A stretch of 62,353 bases of DNA, the filler included. It is 5 parts of 5 records of this genome, joined end to end, with 100 filler letters (N's around TTAATTAATTAA, not from the genome) between each part and the next. Parts side by side here need not be neighbours in the genome. Positions count along the whole stretch, not along the records: positions 17,650 to 37,470 come from SRR9188677_108; positions 37,571 to 55,428 come from SRR9188677_112; 3 more parts are not named here. One strand, written 5' to 3'. Positions 30,232 through 42,098 of this stretch are shown piece by piece; the first letter of the stretch is position 1, and each line of letters begins with the position of its first letter. Under the pieces are notes generated by a model that saw nothing but the letters and a program-made list of their open reading frames with translations, made no database searches and had not been told where the DNA came from. The translations under genes and the position numbers were made by a program.

Positions 30232-30597
30232 ATGAACGAAGCAGAAAAAGTCATATTGTCTAGCGGTATTCAACTGAGTTTTAAACAAGGTGATTATCTA
30301 TACCGAAAAGGGCAACATCCCGATTACGTTTTTTACATTAAAGATGGTAGTGTAGAATTAAAAGATGGTTTGCAGAAAACAGTCGTCTTGAAAAACAAAA
30401 AGTACTTTTTAGGTTTAGAAGAAATGCTTTTAGAGAAAGACCATCCTTATACCGTAAAAGTTTTAGAGCATTCTATTTTTCTTATTTTCGAAAAATCATT
30501 GATAGATGCCTTGATTTATGAACACACCGATATCAGAAGGTATTTTATGATGAGCATCTGTAATCAATTAGAAGAAAGTAATACGGTTTTTGAATAA
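30232..30597 (+). CDS. Stand-alone cyclic-nucleotide-binding domain protein
   Basis: FKQGDYLYRKGQHPDYVFYIKDGSV...FLGLEEML; no HTH. Confidence 0.75.
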   Translation: MNEAEKVILSSGIQLSFKQGDYLYRKGQHPDYVFYIKDGSVELKDGLQKTVVLKNKKYFLGLEEMLLEKDHPYTVKVLEHSIFLIFEKSLIDALIYEHTDIRRYFMMSICNQLEESNTVFE

Positions 30598-30606
30598 AAA
30601 GGATAG

Positions 30607-30620
30607 CTGATTAATATCAT
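30607..30620 (+). promoter_or_regulatory. FNR-like box CTGAT-N4-ATCAT
   Basis: Upstream of the usp gene. Confidence 0.6.
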
Positions 30621-30696
30621 TTTTTATTGAGAGTACAGTCATAATTTTCTAGTCATAAATCAAGGAACTTTCGGACATAATTTAAATTTCAATTTT

Positions 30697-31533
30697 ATGA
30701 AAACGATCCTTTTTCCTACTGATTTTAGTGATAATGCAAAACATGCTGCACAATATGCAGGAATGTTGGCAAGGTTATTTAATGCAAAAATAGTTTTATT
30801 AAATGTATATAGCATTCCTACCATTTCTGAATATCAATTACCGTCTGAAATTGAAGATTTTATCGTTAGAAACAGAAAAGAGGCTGAACAAAATCTTCAG
30901 CATTTTACAGTACATTTTATTGAAAAAACAGGTTTAGCTTCAGAAAGAATCACACAGAGAGTTGAGTATGGATTAGCTACAGATAAAATTGTAAGTATTG
31001 CCAATCAGATTAAGGCTGATTTGATTGTGATGGGAACCCAAGGCGCAAGTAATATTTTTGAACGTTGGCTGGGTACTCATACGCAAGAAGTAATGAAAAA
31101 AGCTAATTGTCCAGTATGGGTTGTACCAGCAGGCTCACCGATAAATTATCCGCAAAATTTACTATACGCTGCTGACTTTCAAGGTGACGAAATAGCTGCT
31201 ATTGACAAGCTTTTGGCAATTACCAAACCACTGGGAATAAAATGTAAAGTAGTACATGTACATGATTATTTTGAACCCAATATTGGACACGCTATTCAAG
31301 AAATGACAAGTTTATTGGAAGATAAATTTGAAAAAGAAGATTTAGCAGTAAAATGTATCAATCGTGCTGAAATCATAGAAGGTTTAGAAACTTACATCAA
31401 AAATCATCAGCCTGACGTAATCGTTTTAGCAACGCACGATAAGTCTTTATTAGATAAGTTTTTCAATGATAGTGTAACCAAGCATTTTGTTCAAGAAGGG
31501 AAATTGCCACTTTTAATTTTCAAAAAGCAATAA
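30697..31533 (+). CDS. Universal stress protein (tandem Usp domains)
   Basis: MKTILFPTDFS and DLIVMGTQG...LGTHTQEVMKKANCPVWVVP motifs. Confidence 0.92.
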   Translation: MKTILFPTDFSDNAKHAAQYAGMLARLFNAKIVLLNVYSIPTISEYQLPSEIEDFIVRNRKEAEQNLQHFTVHFIEKTGLASERITQRVEYGLATDKIVSIANQIKADLIVMGTQGASNIFERWLGTHTQEVMKKANCPVWVVPAGSPINYPQNLLYAADFQGDEIAAIDKLLAITKPLGIKCKVVHVHDYFEPNIGHAIQEMTSLLEDKFEKEDLAVKCINRAEIIEGLETYIKNHQPDVIVLATHDKSLLDKFFNDSVTKHFVQEGKLPLLIFKKQ

Positions 31534-31539
31534 ATATCA

Positions 31540-31584
31540 AAAGCGCTATTCTATGATTCATTCATAAAATAGCGCTTATTTTTT
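31540..31584. terminator. Intrinsic terminator between convergent genes
   Basis: AAGCGCTATTCTATGA...TCATAAAATAGCGCTT plus T-run. Confidence 0.7.
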
Positions 31585-31592
31585 GTTAATCT

Positions 31593-34500
31593 TTATACTA
31601 CTTGTGTATTATTTTCTTTAATTCTTCCAGCCCATTTCTCTAATAATTTCACAAAAGCTTCTAGTTGGAATGGCTTTCCTAAGTAATCATCCATACCAGC
31701 TTCATCACATTCTTCCTGACAATCGTTCATCATATTGGCAGTCATTGCTACGATAATTGGTTGCTTGATTTCAGTATTTTGTCTAATTTTCGTTGAAGCT
31801 TCCAAACCGTCCATTACAGGCATTTGCAAATCCATCAAAACAATATCATAATGTTTTTTATTGAATGCTTCTAATGCCACAAGTCCGTTTTCTGCTAAAT
31901 CGGCTTCATAACCCAATTTGCTCAGTACTTTTAGCGTAAATTTTTGGTTCATCGGATTATCCTCTGCTACCAAAATAGATACGGGGAATCGTTCTGCAAA
32001 ATCATTCGCTAATTTTTGAACGACAGGCGGGATATTTGTTTTATCTGTCAAAGCTTTATCTTCATTTATCATTAAACTTGTAAGTACATTTTTATACAAA
32101 ATATGTTGCTTAACAGGCTTCGTTAGAACTGAACAAAATAAATCTGGATACCCTTTATGTTGATCATCTGCAATAGAGCTCAGCAACATAATTGGCAGTT
32201 TCTGCTGAATAGATTTAATTCTCAAAGCTAGTTGAATACCATCCATTTCAGGCATTTGCATATCAGTAATAACCATACTTAATTCTTTCTCGTTAGCTAG
32301 AATCTCTAATGCTTCTTTTCCAGACGAAGCAATCAACGGAATCATTTTCCATTGTTCTAATTGCGCTTTCAAAATACTTCTATTAGTTGAATTATCATCA
32401 ACAACAAGTACTTTTTTCGTTTGTAAAAATTCAGCTTTTGGCAAAATAGGATTTACAATTTCTGGAGCTGAACTTCTTGCTACTTGCATCGAGAAGGTAA
32501 AAGTAGTACCCTGCCCAAACTCGCTTTCCACACTTAGTTCTCCACCCATTAAATTAACAAGTTTTTCGCTAATAACTAAACCCAATCCAGTACCACCATA
32601 TCGGCGAGTAGTAGATGAATCCACTTGCGAGAAAGCTTTAAACAATCGGTCAAGTTTATCAGCTGGAATACCAATACCAGTATCAATTACCTGAAAACCA
32701 ATTTGTAATGGACTACCCACTTCGTTTTTCACCATGAATACTCTGATAAAAATCTCTCCTTTTTCAGTAAATTTAATGGCATTACCTACTAAATTCAACA
32801 ATACTTGTCTTAATCTTAAACTATCACCAACTACTTGGGCAGGAACATCAGCTTCAATCTGACACAACAAATCTAATTTTAAAGAAGCTGCTTTTACTGC
32901 AAATACGTCTAAAATTTCTTCAATACATACTCTCAAGTTAAAATCCTTAGCTTCCAACTCCATTTTGCCTGATTCAATTTTAGAAAAGTCAAGAATATCG
33001 TTAATGACCGTCAATAAATCGTCACCACAGGCATGAATTGTTTTTGAATAATTACGTTGTTCTTCATCAAGTTGGGTTTCTTCCAATAATGATGCTACTC
33101 CAATAATTCCATTCAAAGGAGTACGAATTTCGTGGCTCATGGTTGCCAAGAAAATACTTTTTGCTTTATTGGCTTGTTCAGCTTCTTTTCTAGCTTTTCT
33201 TTCATCTGCAGTTGACTGCATCAATTGAGCTGTTCTTAATTTTACTTCTTTTTCAAGCTGTACTTTCTTAACATTTATTAAACCGATTCTATAACGATAA
33301 AAGGCAAATGCACCACCAACAACAAGTAAAACAGCTAAAAATCTAAACCAAAGCGTCATCCAAAAAGGTGGCGTGATTATTAAATTGATAGCGATTCCGT
33401 CTTCATTCCAAAGTCCATCATTATTAGATGCTTTTACTCTGAAAACATAATTACCTGGATCTAAATTGGTATAGGTTGCTCCACGTTTATTGCCAATATA
33501 GCTCCAGTCTTTATCAAATCCTTCTAATTTGTAGGCATATTGGTTTTTTTCTGATAAAGTATAATTTAAGGCTGCAAATTCAAATGAAAATACTGATTGT
33601 TTCATATCGAGAACAATCGTTTTCGTTTCGTTGATATGTACCGAAAGCGGAGATTTATTCCCAATTTCTACAGCTTTATTAAAAATATAGAAATTAGTAA
33701 TATAAATCGGCGGAACGAATGGATTATCAATCACTTTCCGAGGGTCAAAAACATTAAATCCATTTGGGCCACCAAAGTAAATTTTACCATCGGAAGTTTT
33801 TAAATATGAATGCGTTTTAAATTCATTTCCTTGTAAACCATCTGAAATATCATAATTTTTAAAAGTCTTATTTTGGAAATTAAATCTCGAAATTCCTTTG
33901 TTTGTACTAATCCAGAAAAAACCATCATTGTCTTTCACTATTCCATTAATGGCATCATTCGGAAGACCATCTTTCTCTGAAATTTTTGTAAAAGTATTTG
34001 TATGAGGGTCAAAAATATTTAACCCACTCCCAGTGCCAATCCATAATTTGCCATTCTCAAATTCAGTAATGACATTCACTAAATTATTACACAAACTGTT
34101 TGGTTTTCTAGGGTTGTGTTTATAATGAATAAATTGTTTCGTTTGGATGTCAAATTTATCTAAACCATTATCAGTACCAATCCAAATATTGCCTTGTGGG
34201 TCTTCCCAAAGTGTACTAACTACATTATCGCAAAGCGTTGAATTATCTTTAGGATTGTTAATATAACGAGTAAACTTTTTGGTTTGTCTATCAAAATAAT
34301 TTAAGCCTCCACGCCAAGTACCAATCCACAGATTCCCTTTTTTGTCTTTAATAATAATGTTTACACTCTTTGATGACAAAGTACTTGGGTCGTCATCAAC
34401 AGGAACATGATGTGTAAATACACCCGTTTTTGTATTAAATAAATCAACGCCACCTCTGTGATAGCCCAACGCAAGTAGGTTTTTTTCTACTTCTAATACT

Positions 34501-35750
34501 GTAATTATATAATCTGTACTTGGTGAATTTGGATTATTATTCTGATGTTTAAAAGCAGTAAATTGATTGGTCTGTGGATTGAATTTATTAAGCCCGCCCC
34601 CATCAGTACCAATCCAAACGTTACCTTCGTAGTCTTTTTCTAAAGCCAGAACAATGTTATTATTCAAACTATTCTGACCAATTGTATGCTTGAAGAGTGG
34701 AAATTTACTTCCTGATTTCGGCAAATAGTTAACTCCTCCAGAGTATGTCCCTATCCAAATATTGCCAATGTTATCTAGGTATAAACTATAGACAGAATTA
34801 TTGCTAAGGCTTGTATTGTCATTAGCATCATTTTCGATGGTTGTAAATGAATTATCTTTTCGGTTATAAACACTAATTCCGCCATTTTCAGTACCTATCC
34901 AAAGATTTTTTTCTTCATCTTCCATGAAGGATAAAATATCATCAAGCGCTAAACTGTTAGGATTCTTCGGGCTATGTTTATAAGAAGTAAATGTATTATT
35001 TGTTGCATCAAATTTAGCGATACCTCCGCCTAAGGTACCAACCCAAATGTTGTTTTCAAAATCATTATAAACGGCTTTTATAAAACTTGAAGGAACACTT
35101 TTAGGGTTTTTAGGGTCATTAAAATATTTTGTAAAACGCTTTGTTTCAGGATTAAACTTATTCAATCCATCTTGCGTGGCAATCCAAATTTCATGATTTT
35201 TATCTTCACAGATATTAAAGATAAAATCATTACTCAAGCTATTTTGATTATTGTCTTCGTGTTTGAAAGTGATGTACTTTCCAGTGGTCACATTAAAAAG
35301 TATAAGCCCAAAATTTGTACCTAGCCACAATCTCTTTTTACTATCTTGAAAAATATCTCTAACAATTAATCTTTTATCAATTTTAATTGAATGCGTAAAA
35401 ATTTCTTTTTCACGGTCAAATTTATCTAAACCAATACCCGTAGCTACCCAAATGTTTTTATCAGCATCTTCCAATACATCATATACAAGGTTGTCGCTTA
35501 TTGTTTTGTTGTTATCGGCAGAATGTTTGTAAATCGTAAAATTATAAGCATCAAATTTATTGAGTCCTTCTCCAGTAGCAAACCACATAAAACCTTTACT
35601 ATCTTTCATAATAGCTCTTACATGGCTCTGCGAAAGCCCTTCAGTATTTGAAAGTCTTTTAAAATGCGGAGATTTATATGTTTGCGCAGAGATACTTAGC
35701 CCAAACAGTAAGATAAAAAGCATTGATATGAAAGCCCTTGATAACATCAT
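31593..35750 (-). CDS. Hybrid sensor histidine kinase: periplasmic beta-propellers, Y_Y_Y, HisKA/HATPase and two receiver domains
   Basis: Repeated D..G.IWIGT..GG blades, [12 protein letters not shown]...[31 protein letters not shown], and two REC domains ([20 protein letters not shown]). Confidence 0.93.
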   Translation of the reverse strand: MMLSRAFISMLFILLFGLSISAQTYKSPHFKRLSNTEGLSQSHVRAIMKDSKGFMWFATGEGLNKFDAYNFTIYKHSADNNKTISDNLVYDVLEDADKNIWVATGIGLDKFDREKEIFTHSIKIDKRLIVRDIFQDSKKRLWLGTNFGLILFNVTTGKYITFKHEDNNQNSLSNDFIFNICEDKNHEIWIATQDGLNKFNPETKRFTKYFNDPKNPKSVPSSFIKAVYNDFENNIWVGTLGGGIAKFDATNNTFTSYKHSPKNPNSLALDDILSFMEDEEKNLWIGTENGGISVYNRKDNSFTTIENDANDNTSLSNNSVYSLYLDNIGNIWIGTYSGGVNYLPKSGSKFPLFKHTIGQNSLNNNIVLALEKDYEGNVWIGTDGGGLNKFNPQTNQFTAFKHQNNNPNSPSTDYIITVLEVEKNLLALGYHRGGVDLFNTKTGVFTHHVPVDDDPSTLSSKSVNIIIKDKKGNLWIGTWRGGLNYFDRQTKKFTRYINNPKDNSTLCDNVVSTLWEDPQGNIWIGTDNGLDKFDIQTKQFIHYKHNPRKPNSLCNNLVNVITEFENGKLWIGTGSGLNIFDPHTNTFTKISEKDGLPNDAINGIVKDNDGFFWISTNKGISRFNFQNKTFKNYDISDGLQGNEFKTHSYLKTSDGKIYFGGPNGFNVFDPRKVIDNPFVPPIYITNFYIFNKAVEIGNKSPLSVHINETKTIVLDMKQSVFSFEFAALNYTLSEKNQYAYKLEGFDKDWSYIGNKRGATYTNLDPGNYVFRVKASNNDGLWNEDGIAINLIITPPFWMTLWFRFLAVLLVVGGAFAFYRYRIGLINVKKVQLEKEVKLRTAQLMQSTADERKARKEAEQANKAKSIFLATMSHEIRTPLNGIIGVASLLEETQLDEEQRNYSKTIHACGDDLLTVINDILDFSKIESGKMELEAKDFNLRVCIEEILDVFAVKAASLKLDLLCQIEADVPAQVVGDSLRLRQVLLNLVGNAIKFTEKGEIFIRVFMVKNEVGSPLQIGFQVIDTGIGIPADKLDRLFKAFSQVDSSTTRRYGGTGLGLVISEKLVNLMGGELSVESEFGQGTTFTFSMQVARSSAPEIVNPILPKAEFLQTKKVLVVDDNSTNRSILKAQLEQWKMIPLIASSGKEALEILANEKELSMVITDMQMPEMDGIQLALRIKSIQQKLPIMLLSSIADDQHKGYPDLFCSVLTKPVKQHILYKNVLTSLMINEDKALTDKTNIPPVVQKLANDFAERFPVSILVAEDNPMNQKFTLKVLSKLGYEADLAENGLVALEAFNKKHYDIVLMDLQMPVMDGLEASTKIRQNTEIKQPIIVAMTANMMNDCQEECDEAGMDDYLGKPFQLEAFVKLLEKWAGRIKENNTQVV

Positions 35751-36143
35751 ATTTTAAATTCTTAAGTAGTTAGTCAAACTTTTCTTTTCTGCGGCAAGAA
35801 TGTTCTTGAATCATTTCAAAAGACCATTCTCTGCGAGTAAGAATCAGTATTATAACACCTATCACAATAATCGGGCTAAAAACACTGAGCTTGAAAAAAA
35901 ATATGCCATTTTATCCTAAAGCCGATAATCATTGGCTAAGAAACAAATCTTTTTTTTCACTTGACATTATCGGTGTTACGCTGTTTAAAATAAGGTATAA
36001 TTTGTACAAACGAATAAAATCCCACTATTCTGCAAAAAATAATGTTCCATTATTCAAGTTATATTATTTTTTTGGAAAAATAACCATTCTTGACTAATGA
36101 AACATTAATTTAATTTTAACCTTAAAAAAAAATGAAAAAATTA

Positions 36144-37469
36144 TTACTTAGTAGCTCTTTTTTCTAATTCTGCTCTTTTCAAAGTAATTAAATGACCAAT
36201 TGGTTTGCCTTTACGATAAGTAATTACTCTTAAAGTAATAGGACCTTCTGGAAGCTCAACAGTTTTGCTATATTTTGGTGAAAAGCTATCTGGCATCGTA
36301 TCGTCGATGGTGAAATAAATATCCAAATCTGATAGTTCTGAACCTAATTCCAAGCTCAATTTATTGTTCTTCAAAGTCGTTTTTACAATTGCATCATACA
36401 CTGCACGAGAGTAATTAACTTGGGCAAGCTCTGCTCTATCAAAATGTGCTTCCATCCGTTTTGAGAAGTTTTCCCAATTTTTGGATACTTTAGGCGACCA
36501 ATAAACATCTGCTAAAGCCCAAGCTCTTGGATAAGTCATATACTCTGCATAACGTAAATTAGGGATTTGTTCCGTCCATAAATTTCCTTGTCCACCTAAA
36601 ATGTACTTTGCATCTACTCCATCTGGTACTGGTTCAAAACTATAAGTTTTACTTACTCTTAAACCAGCATAAATTGGCGGGTCGATGGTATTTTCTCCTT
36701 GATTATAATCTAAATAAGCAAAAGTGGTTGGCGTCATCACAACATCATGCCCTAATTTTGCTGCTTCAATACCACCTTTTATGCCTCTCCAGCTCATTAC
36801 TGTCGCTTCTGGCGAAATTCCACCTTCCAGAATTTCATCCCAACCTAACAACTTTTTACCTTTTGTTTTTAAGATTTTCTCTAAACGATTCATAAAGTAA
36901 CCTTGCAAATCTTCTACGTGGCGAATATTTAGTTTCTTCATCAAAGCTTGGCAACCTTCATCTGCTGCCCAAAAACCTTTGTAACATTCATCGCCGCCCA
37001 CGTGAATATATTTGTTAGGGAAAAGTTCGGCTACTTCTGTAAATACTTTATCCAAAAATTCATATACTTTTTCATCTGAAGGATTCAAAGTATTTTCATA
37101 CAAAACCTTGAAAGTACCGTTGCCATACCAATCAGCAATGGAAGCCCCAGGATTTACAAAAGTTTTTGGATTTTTATTACAACTCAACTCTGGATAAGCC
37201 GCAATCGCCGCCATGCTATGTCCTGGCACATCAATCTCTGGCACAATCGTTACATTACGTTCTTGGGCATAACGTACTACTTCTTTAATATCTTCATGCG
37301 TATAAAAACCGCCTTCGGTTGCTATTTCTCCTTCTTTCGGAATGGCACGGTCGCCGAAATGTCCGTATCTTGCTACTCTGTAAGCCCCAACTTTAGTCAA
37401 CTTTGGTAACGATTTGATTTCGATTCTCCAACCTTCATCATCTGTTAAATGCCAGTGAAAAGTATTGAA
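36144..37469 (-). CDS. GH20 beta-N-acetylhexosaminidase, 5' truncated at contig end
   Basis: Frame stays open to the linker (FNTFHWHLTDDEGWRIEI); PEIDVPGH, catalytic HVGGDE and GGQGNLWTE motifs. Confidence 0.93.
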   Translation of the reverse strand, partial: FNTFHWHLTDDEGWRIEIKSLPKLTKVGAYRVARYGHFGDRAIPKEGEIATEGGFYTHEDIKEVVRYAQERNVTIVPEIDVPGHSMAAIAAYPELSCNKNPKTFVNPGASIADWYGNGTFKVLYENTLNPSDEKVYEFLDKVFTEVAELFPNKYIHVGGDECYKGFWAADEGCQALMKKLNIRHVEDLQGYFMNRLEKILKTKGKKLLGWDEILEGGISPEATVMSWRGIKGGIEAAKLGHDVVMTPTTFAYLDYNQGENTIDPPIYAGLRVSKTYSFEPVPDGVDAKYILGGQGNLWTEQIPNLRYAEYMTYPRAWALADVYWSPKVSKNWENFSKRMEAHFDRAELAQVNYSRAVYDAIVKTTLKNNKLSLELGSELSDLDIYFTIDDTMPDSFSPKYSKTVELPEGPITLRVITYRKGKPIGHLITLKRAELEKRATK

Positions 37470-37470
37470 T

Positions 37471-37570
37471 NNNNNNNNNNNNNNNNNNNNNNNNNNNNNN
37501 NNNNNNNNNNNNNNTTAATTAATTAANNNNNNNNNNNNNNNNNNNNNNNNNNNNNNNNNNNNNNNNNNNN
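37471..37570. other. Artificial contig linker
   Basis: N-TTAATTAATTAA-N. Confidence 0.98.
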
Positions 37571-40179
37571 GTTGAGGAATTATTACTTTTCTTGAATAAA
37601 CTCATATCCATTTTTCCAAATCGAATCGAAAAATTCAGGCGAACGATTTGCGGGTTTGTGATTCTGTAATATGTCTGAGTAAAACCTTCGCCAGTTGATA
37701 CTTGGGTATTACCTCTGGTTTTGAAAATATCATTCACCGCAAGCGTAATCGAAGCTAAATCATTTTTCAGGAAAGTCTTCTTAATCGCTATATCAAATCC
37801 ATAGAAAGGCTTGATATATCCTTGTGAAGAACTTTGTGCTTGACTCATCGGCGGGCCGCCCATACCTTGATTTTGGGTTATTGGTAAATTTGTTTTGCCT
37901 TGATAATCACCCGAAAGTTGAATTACCCATTTTTTAGGAAGACTCAAACTATTATTTAATTTACCAAAAACAGTCCAAAGAGCTTCGGTCGCTAAACCTT
38001 TGTCGATATTATCAATATTGATTTTTGAATTGTAAAAATTAATATTTGCTGTAAAATCCCACCACTTCACAATCTTGTTGGTATAAGTAAATTCTGCTCC
38101 ATAATTAATACTTGAATTCGCATTGATATAAGTATTAATCAGGTCAAGTTTACCACTTATTGGGTTTATTTCTTGATTCAAATATCTGGTTATCAGATTA
38201 TTGGTATGTTTATAATACACCGATGTCAAAAACGTAGCTGCACCTTTGGATTTACTGTATGAAAACTCACTTGAAGTAGTAAATTCTGGAACTAAATCAG
38301 CATTCCCACGAGTAATGTTTAAACTATCACTATAATCCACAAAAGGAATCAATTGAAAGAAATTCGGACGATTTACTCTACGTGTTACACTTAATTGAAT
38401 TTGGTCGGTTTGAGTTAGACTTTTACTTAAAAACACCGAAGGAAACAGACTGATTGGATAACGATTACTGAATTTTTCACCTGTATTCAATAATTTTCCA
38501 TCATAAGCAGAGCTTTCGCCTCTCAATCCAACTTTGTACGAAAACAACTTTTTCACTTTTCCTGCCAATGATAAATAAGCAGCATAAACATTATTTTTGC
38601 TTTCGTAATTGGTTGAAGCTGAAGTAATGTTTTTGTAAATATCGCTTCCTACAGCTTTCAGGCTGTTGTCATTTATATTTGAAAGTTCATTGATCTGGAG
38701 CCTAACACCTGTTTCAAGTGTAATTTCATTCTTTAAAGGCTTTACATAATCGGTTTGGAAAGTAATAAATTTATTACTCCCATTTCCTATATTTTTCTGA
38801 ATCTGTGTACCTGTAATCTGGCTACCATTTAGGTAATTGGTTGAATACAAACCATCGTTTTTGTTTGTTCCTCCAAAATATGTAAAATCGGCTGTAAGCT
38901 CCTCTCCTGCTTTTGCAAAAGTATGTTTCAAGCCCATTTGTCCGCCTAAAGGCTTAAAGCTACGATTGGAATTAGAAATTCTATTGCTATAACTTGTATA
39001 ACCATTGGTAGTATTTTGTATATCAATATCTTCTGATGGTTTGAATTGCCCACCTCCTAAAATTCCTGCAATTGAGAAACTTGTTTTGTTAGTAATGTTA
39101 TAATCTAAACCCAATCTTGAAAAAGTAATCGAACCTTTTGTTTTACTTGAAATATCTTGATAAACATTCGAGTTTACTCCGCCAATTGTACTAATACGTT
39201 CACTATAACCATTGGTATTATTTCTCATGTTGAAGTTCATCGCCATCAATGAAAGATTTACTTTCTTTTGTTGAAGATTGAAACTTCCCATAAGATTTGA
39301 ACCACCAAAACGGTCGGCTCCGCCATTGATAAATCCATTATAACCATTGCGTTTATTCTTTTTCAGTACTACATTGATAATCCCAGCCATACTTCCCGAA
39401 GCATCGTATTTTGCGGAAGGATTGGTAATTACTTCTACTTTTTCAATAACATCTGCTGGGATTTGGTCCAAAGAAAGTGTTGTGGGTCTTCCATCAATAA
39501 AAAGTGTTGGAGCGGCATTTCTAACTTTCACATTGCCATCAATATCTACTTGTACAGACGGAATATTTCGCATTACATCCACAGCAGTACCGCCAGCAGT
39601 CACGATGTTTTTATCTACATTGAAAGTCTTTTTATCAATGTCCATTTCAACCAGTGCTTTGGTAGCTGTTACTACAACTGCATCCAACATTTTGTTGTCA
39701 GTATCAAGTTTTAATTTTCCTAAATCTTTTTCAAAACCCGCCATAAATTTCGCCATCATAGCTGGGTCTGGTTGTTGGCCAGGCTTTGGTGGAGCAAAAC
39801 CTCCATCCATTTTAGGGAATTGAAATACAATTGGCATTTCAAGTGTTTTGTACCCTACTGAACTAATTTTTAGTTTCAACCGTCCCATTACTGGTAAATC
39901 TTTGAAACTAAATTCGCCATTCATTTCTGTCTGTAATGCCTTTACCAATATATCTTTATTTTGTTTTGAGGCACTATCTTGAACAGTTTTTAACACTACA
40001 ATTGAAGCAAATTCAACTGCTTTTCCTTGTTCATCTACTACTTTTCCGATAATCTTTCCGAAGTTCATTTCAGGAGCTTTTGCTCCTTTGCCGGGTGTTC
40101 CAAATGGCATTTGAGCCATACTTGCTATTGAAATCAATACTGATAATAAAGCAGATAATACTATTTTCATTGCGTACAT
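37571..40179 (-). CDS. TonB-dependent receptor (carboxypeptidase-regulatory-like domain, plug, barrel); extreme C-terminus cut
   Basis: Signal peptide, GKIIGKVVD, plug IEKVEVITNPSAKYDASG..GIINVVLKK, and RVNRPNFFQL motifs. Confidence 0.88.
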
Positions 40180-40349
40180 TATTTTAGTTGAACTAAGTTG
40201 CTTGATGAATGAGCATCAAAAAACTTGCATCAAAGGTGTACAAGATGATTGATACAATCAACGATTTGTATAGCAATGAATACCAAATGTATATCTATGA
40301 AAAATGATGAGTAGTTTTCGTGAACCGAAATGCGTGTTTAAGGAAGGTT

Positions 40350-41048
40350 TTACTCTGATAAACTCTTAATACTTGCCACATATTTTTTGCCGACAGGTAA
40401 TTCTATTTTGGACAAAGAAATCTTCGACTGATGAAAACCCGTGATCTTTTGTTTATTGATAATATAAGAATTATGGATTCTAACAAAGTACTTTTCAGGA
40501 AGTTTGGCTTCCATTCCTCTCAGGTTACTGCGTGTCATCAGCGGATAAGCTCTATTCATTAAATAAATCTTAACATAATCTTTGAGTCCTTCAATGTAAA
40601 TAATTTCACTAAAAAGCAGCTTTACTTTTTGATACTCCACACTGATAAAAATATAATCTTCTTCGTTTTCTTCGCTAAGTTTTTCCCGTAATCTGAGTTG
40701 GTCTTCCACTTTTTTCAGTGCAATCGCCAACCTTTCCTTACGAATTGGTTTCATTAAATAATCAACAGCATTTAATTCAAAGCCTTCTAAAGCATATTGA
40801 TGATACGCCGTTGTAAAAATAACTAAAGGCGGATTTTCTAGGGTTTTGATAAACTGCGTACCTAACATTTCGGGCATTTGAATATCCGAAAAAATCAAAT
40901 CGACCTCATTTTTTTGTAAAAAATCAGGTACATCTTCTGGACTATTAAATTTCTCAAGAATCTCTATATTGGCAAAATTTAATAAATCATCTTCCAGAAT
41001 ATTCAAAGCAAAGGGTTCGTCGTCTATTAAAATACACCTAATTTTCAT
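40350..41048 (-). CDS. LytTR family response regulator
   Basis: REC domain (DDEP, DIQMP, FTTAY, DYLMKP) plus LytTR domain (YIEGLKDYVKI, FVRIHNSYIIN). Confidence 0.95.
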   Translation of the reverse strand: MKIRCILIDDEPFALNILEDDLLNFANIEILEKFNSPEDVPDFLQKNEVDLIFSDIQMPEMLGTQFIKTLENPPLVIFTTAYHQYALEGFELNAVDYLMKPIRKERLAIALKKVEDQLRLREKLSEENEEDYIFISVEYQKVKLLFSEIIYIEGLKDYVKIYLMNRAYPLMTRSNLRGMEAKLPEKYFVRIHNSYIINKQKITGFHQSKISLSKIELPVGKKYVASIKSLSE

Positions 41049-42078
41049 CTAACATCAGTTTTAGTGTTACTTCAAAATAATCTGTTGTGTGATTGATATT
41101 CAGTTCATGCTTGTTCGGATATAATAATTCCAGTCTTCGCTGAATATTAGTCAGCCCGATTCCTTCGTTGTGAATCATCGTTTTCTTTAGAAGTATTTTA
41201 TTTTTTGACTTGAATAAAATGCCATTGGCTATTTTCTTGAATTCAAAATGAACATCTGGAGCATTTTTGCTATCAATCCCATATTTGAAAGCATTCTCAA
41301 CAAAATGAATAAATAATAAAGGTTCTATCTGAAAATTATGGATATTTTCATCCACGTTAAAAGCGACAGTTCCTTCAATCGGTAAACGGAGTGTTTGTAA
41401 TTCAATAAAGTTTTTTAAATGCTCCATTTCTCTGTTAAATTCTACTTTATTTCCTTCTACCTCATACAGAATATACCTAAGTATTTCAGAAAGTTTCATG
41501 ACAGATTCTTCTGATAATTCAGATTTTTTTCGGATTAACCATCTGATATTATTGAGCGTATTGAATAAAAAATGTGGACTAATCTGCAATTTTAGCATAC
41601 TTAGTTCAGCCGCAGTCTTTTCAAGTTCTATTAGTTTGTTGAGTTCTTTTTGCTTCGCTTGTTCTTCATAAAGAAATAACATGGTACTGGTTAAAATACA
41701 TAATGAAAATATGATGGTAGGACCAATTATCAAGCGAATAAAAAAAATATTTTGTTCTTCAATCTTTTTGTACCCTTCTACAGGACTAAAATGAATGGTT
41801 AAATAATTAAAGAAAATGTAAATTGCTAAAAGTATGAAAATTAGTACGGTAAACTTGATTCTTCTTTTCTCAAAGAAGTATTTTGGAGCCATAAAATTGA
41901 TATTCAAATAGAATGTCGTGGCTATAAAAAGAATGTTTAGAAAATGTGTTTTAACAAAATAAAAGTTAAAATCACTGATTTTTTTGGGTTCGTATAAGTA
42001 GCCAATAAAAGGCAAAAGCAATAGAATCACCCAAGTGATGATATGCGATAAATACGGTTTTACAAATCTTTTTATCAT
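41038..42078 (-). CDS. LytS/YehU-type sensor histidine kinase
   Basis: Four TM helices; LKLQISPHFLFNTLNNI, FVENAFKYG and GIGLTNIQRRL motifs. Confidence 0.95.
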   Translation of the reverse strand: MIKRFVKPYLSHIITWVILLLLPFIGYLYEPKKISDFNFYFVKTHFLNILFIATTFYLNINFMAPKYFFEKRRIKFTVLIFILLAIYIFFNYLTIHFSPVEGYKKIEEQNIFFIRLIIGPTIIFSLCILTSTMLFLYEEQAKQKELNKLIELEKTAAELSMLKLQISPHFLFNTLNNIRWLIRKKSELSEESVMKLSEILRYILYEVEGNKVEFNREMEHLKNFIELQTLRLPIEGTVAFNVDENIHNFQIEPLLFIHFVENAFKYGIDSKNAPDVHFEFKKIANGILFKSKNKILLKKTMIHNEGIGLTNIQRRLELLYPNKHELNINHTTDYFEVTLKLMLDEN

Positions 42079-42098
42079 GTTGATTGAATGATTAATGG

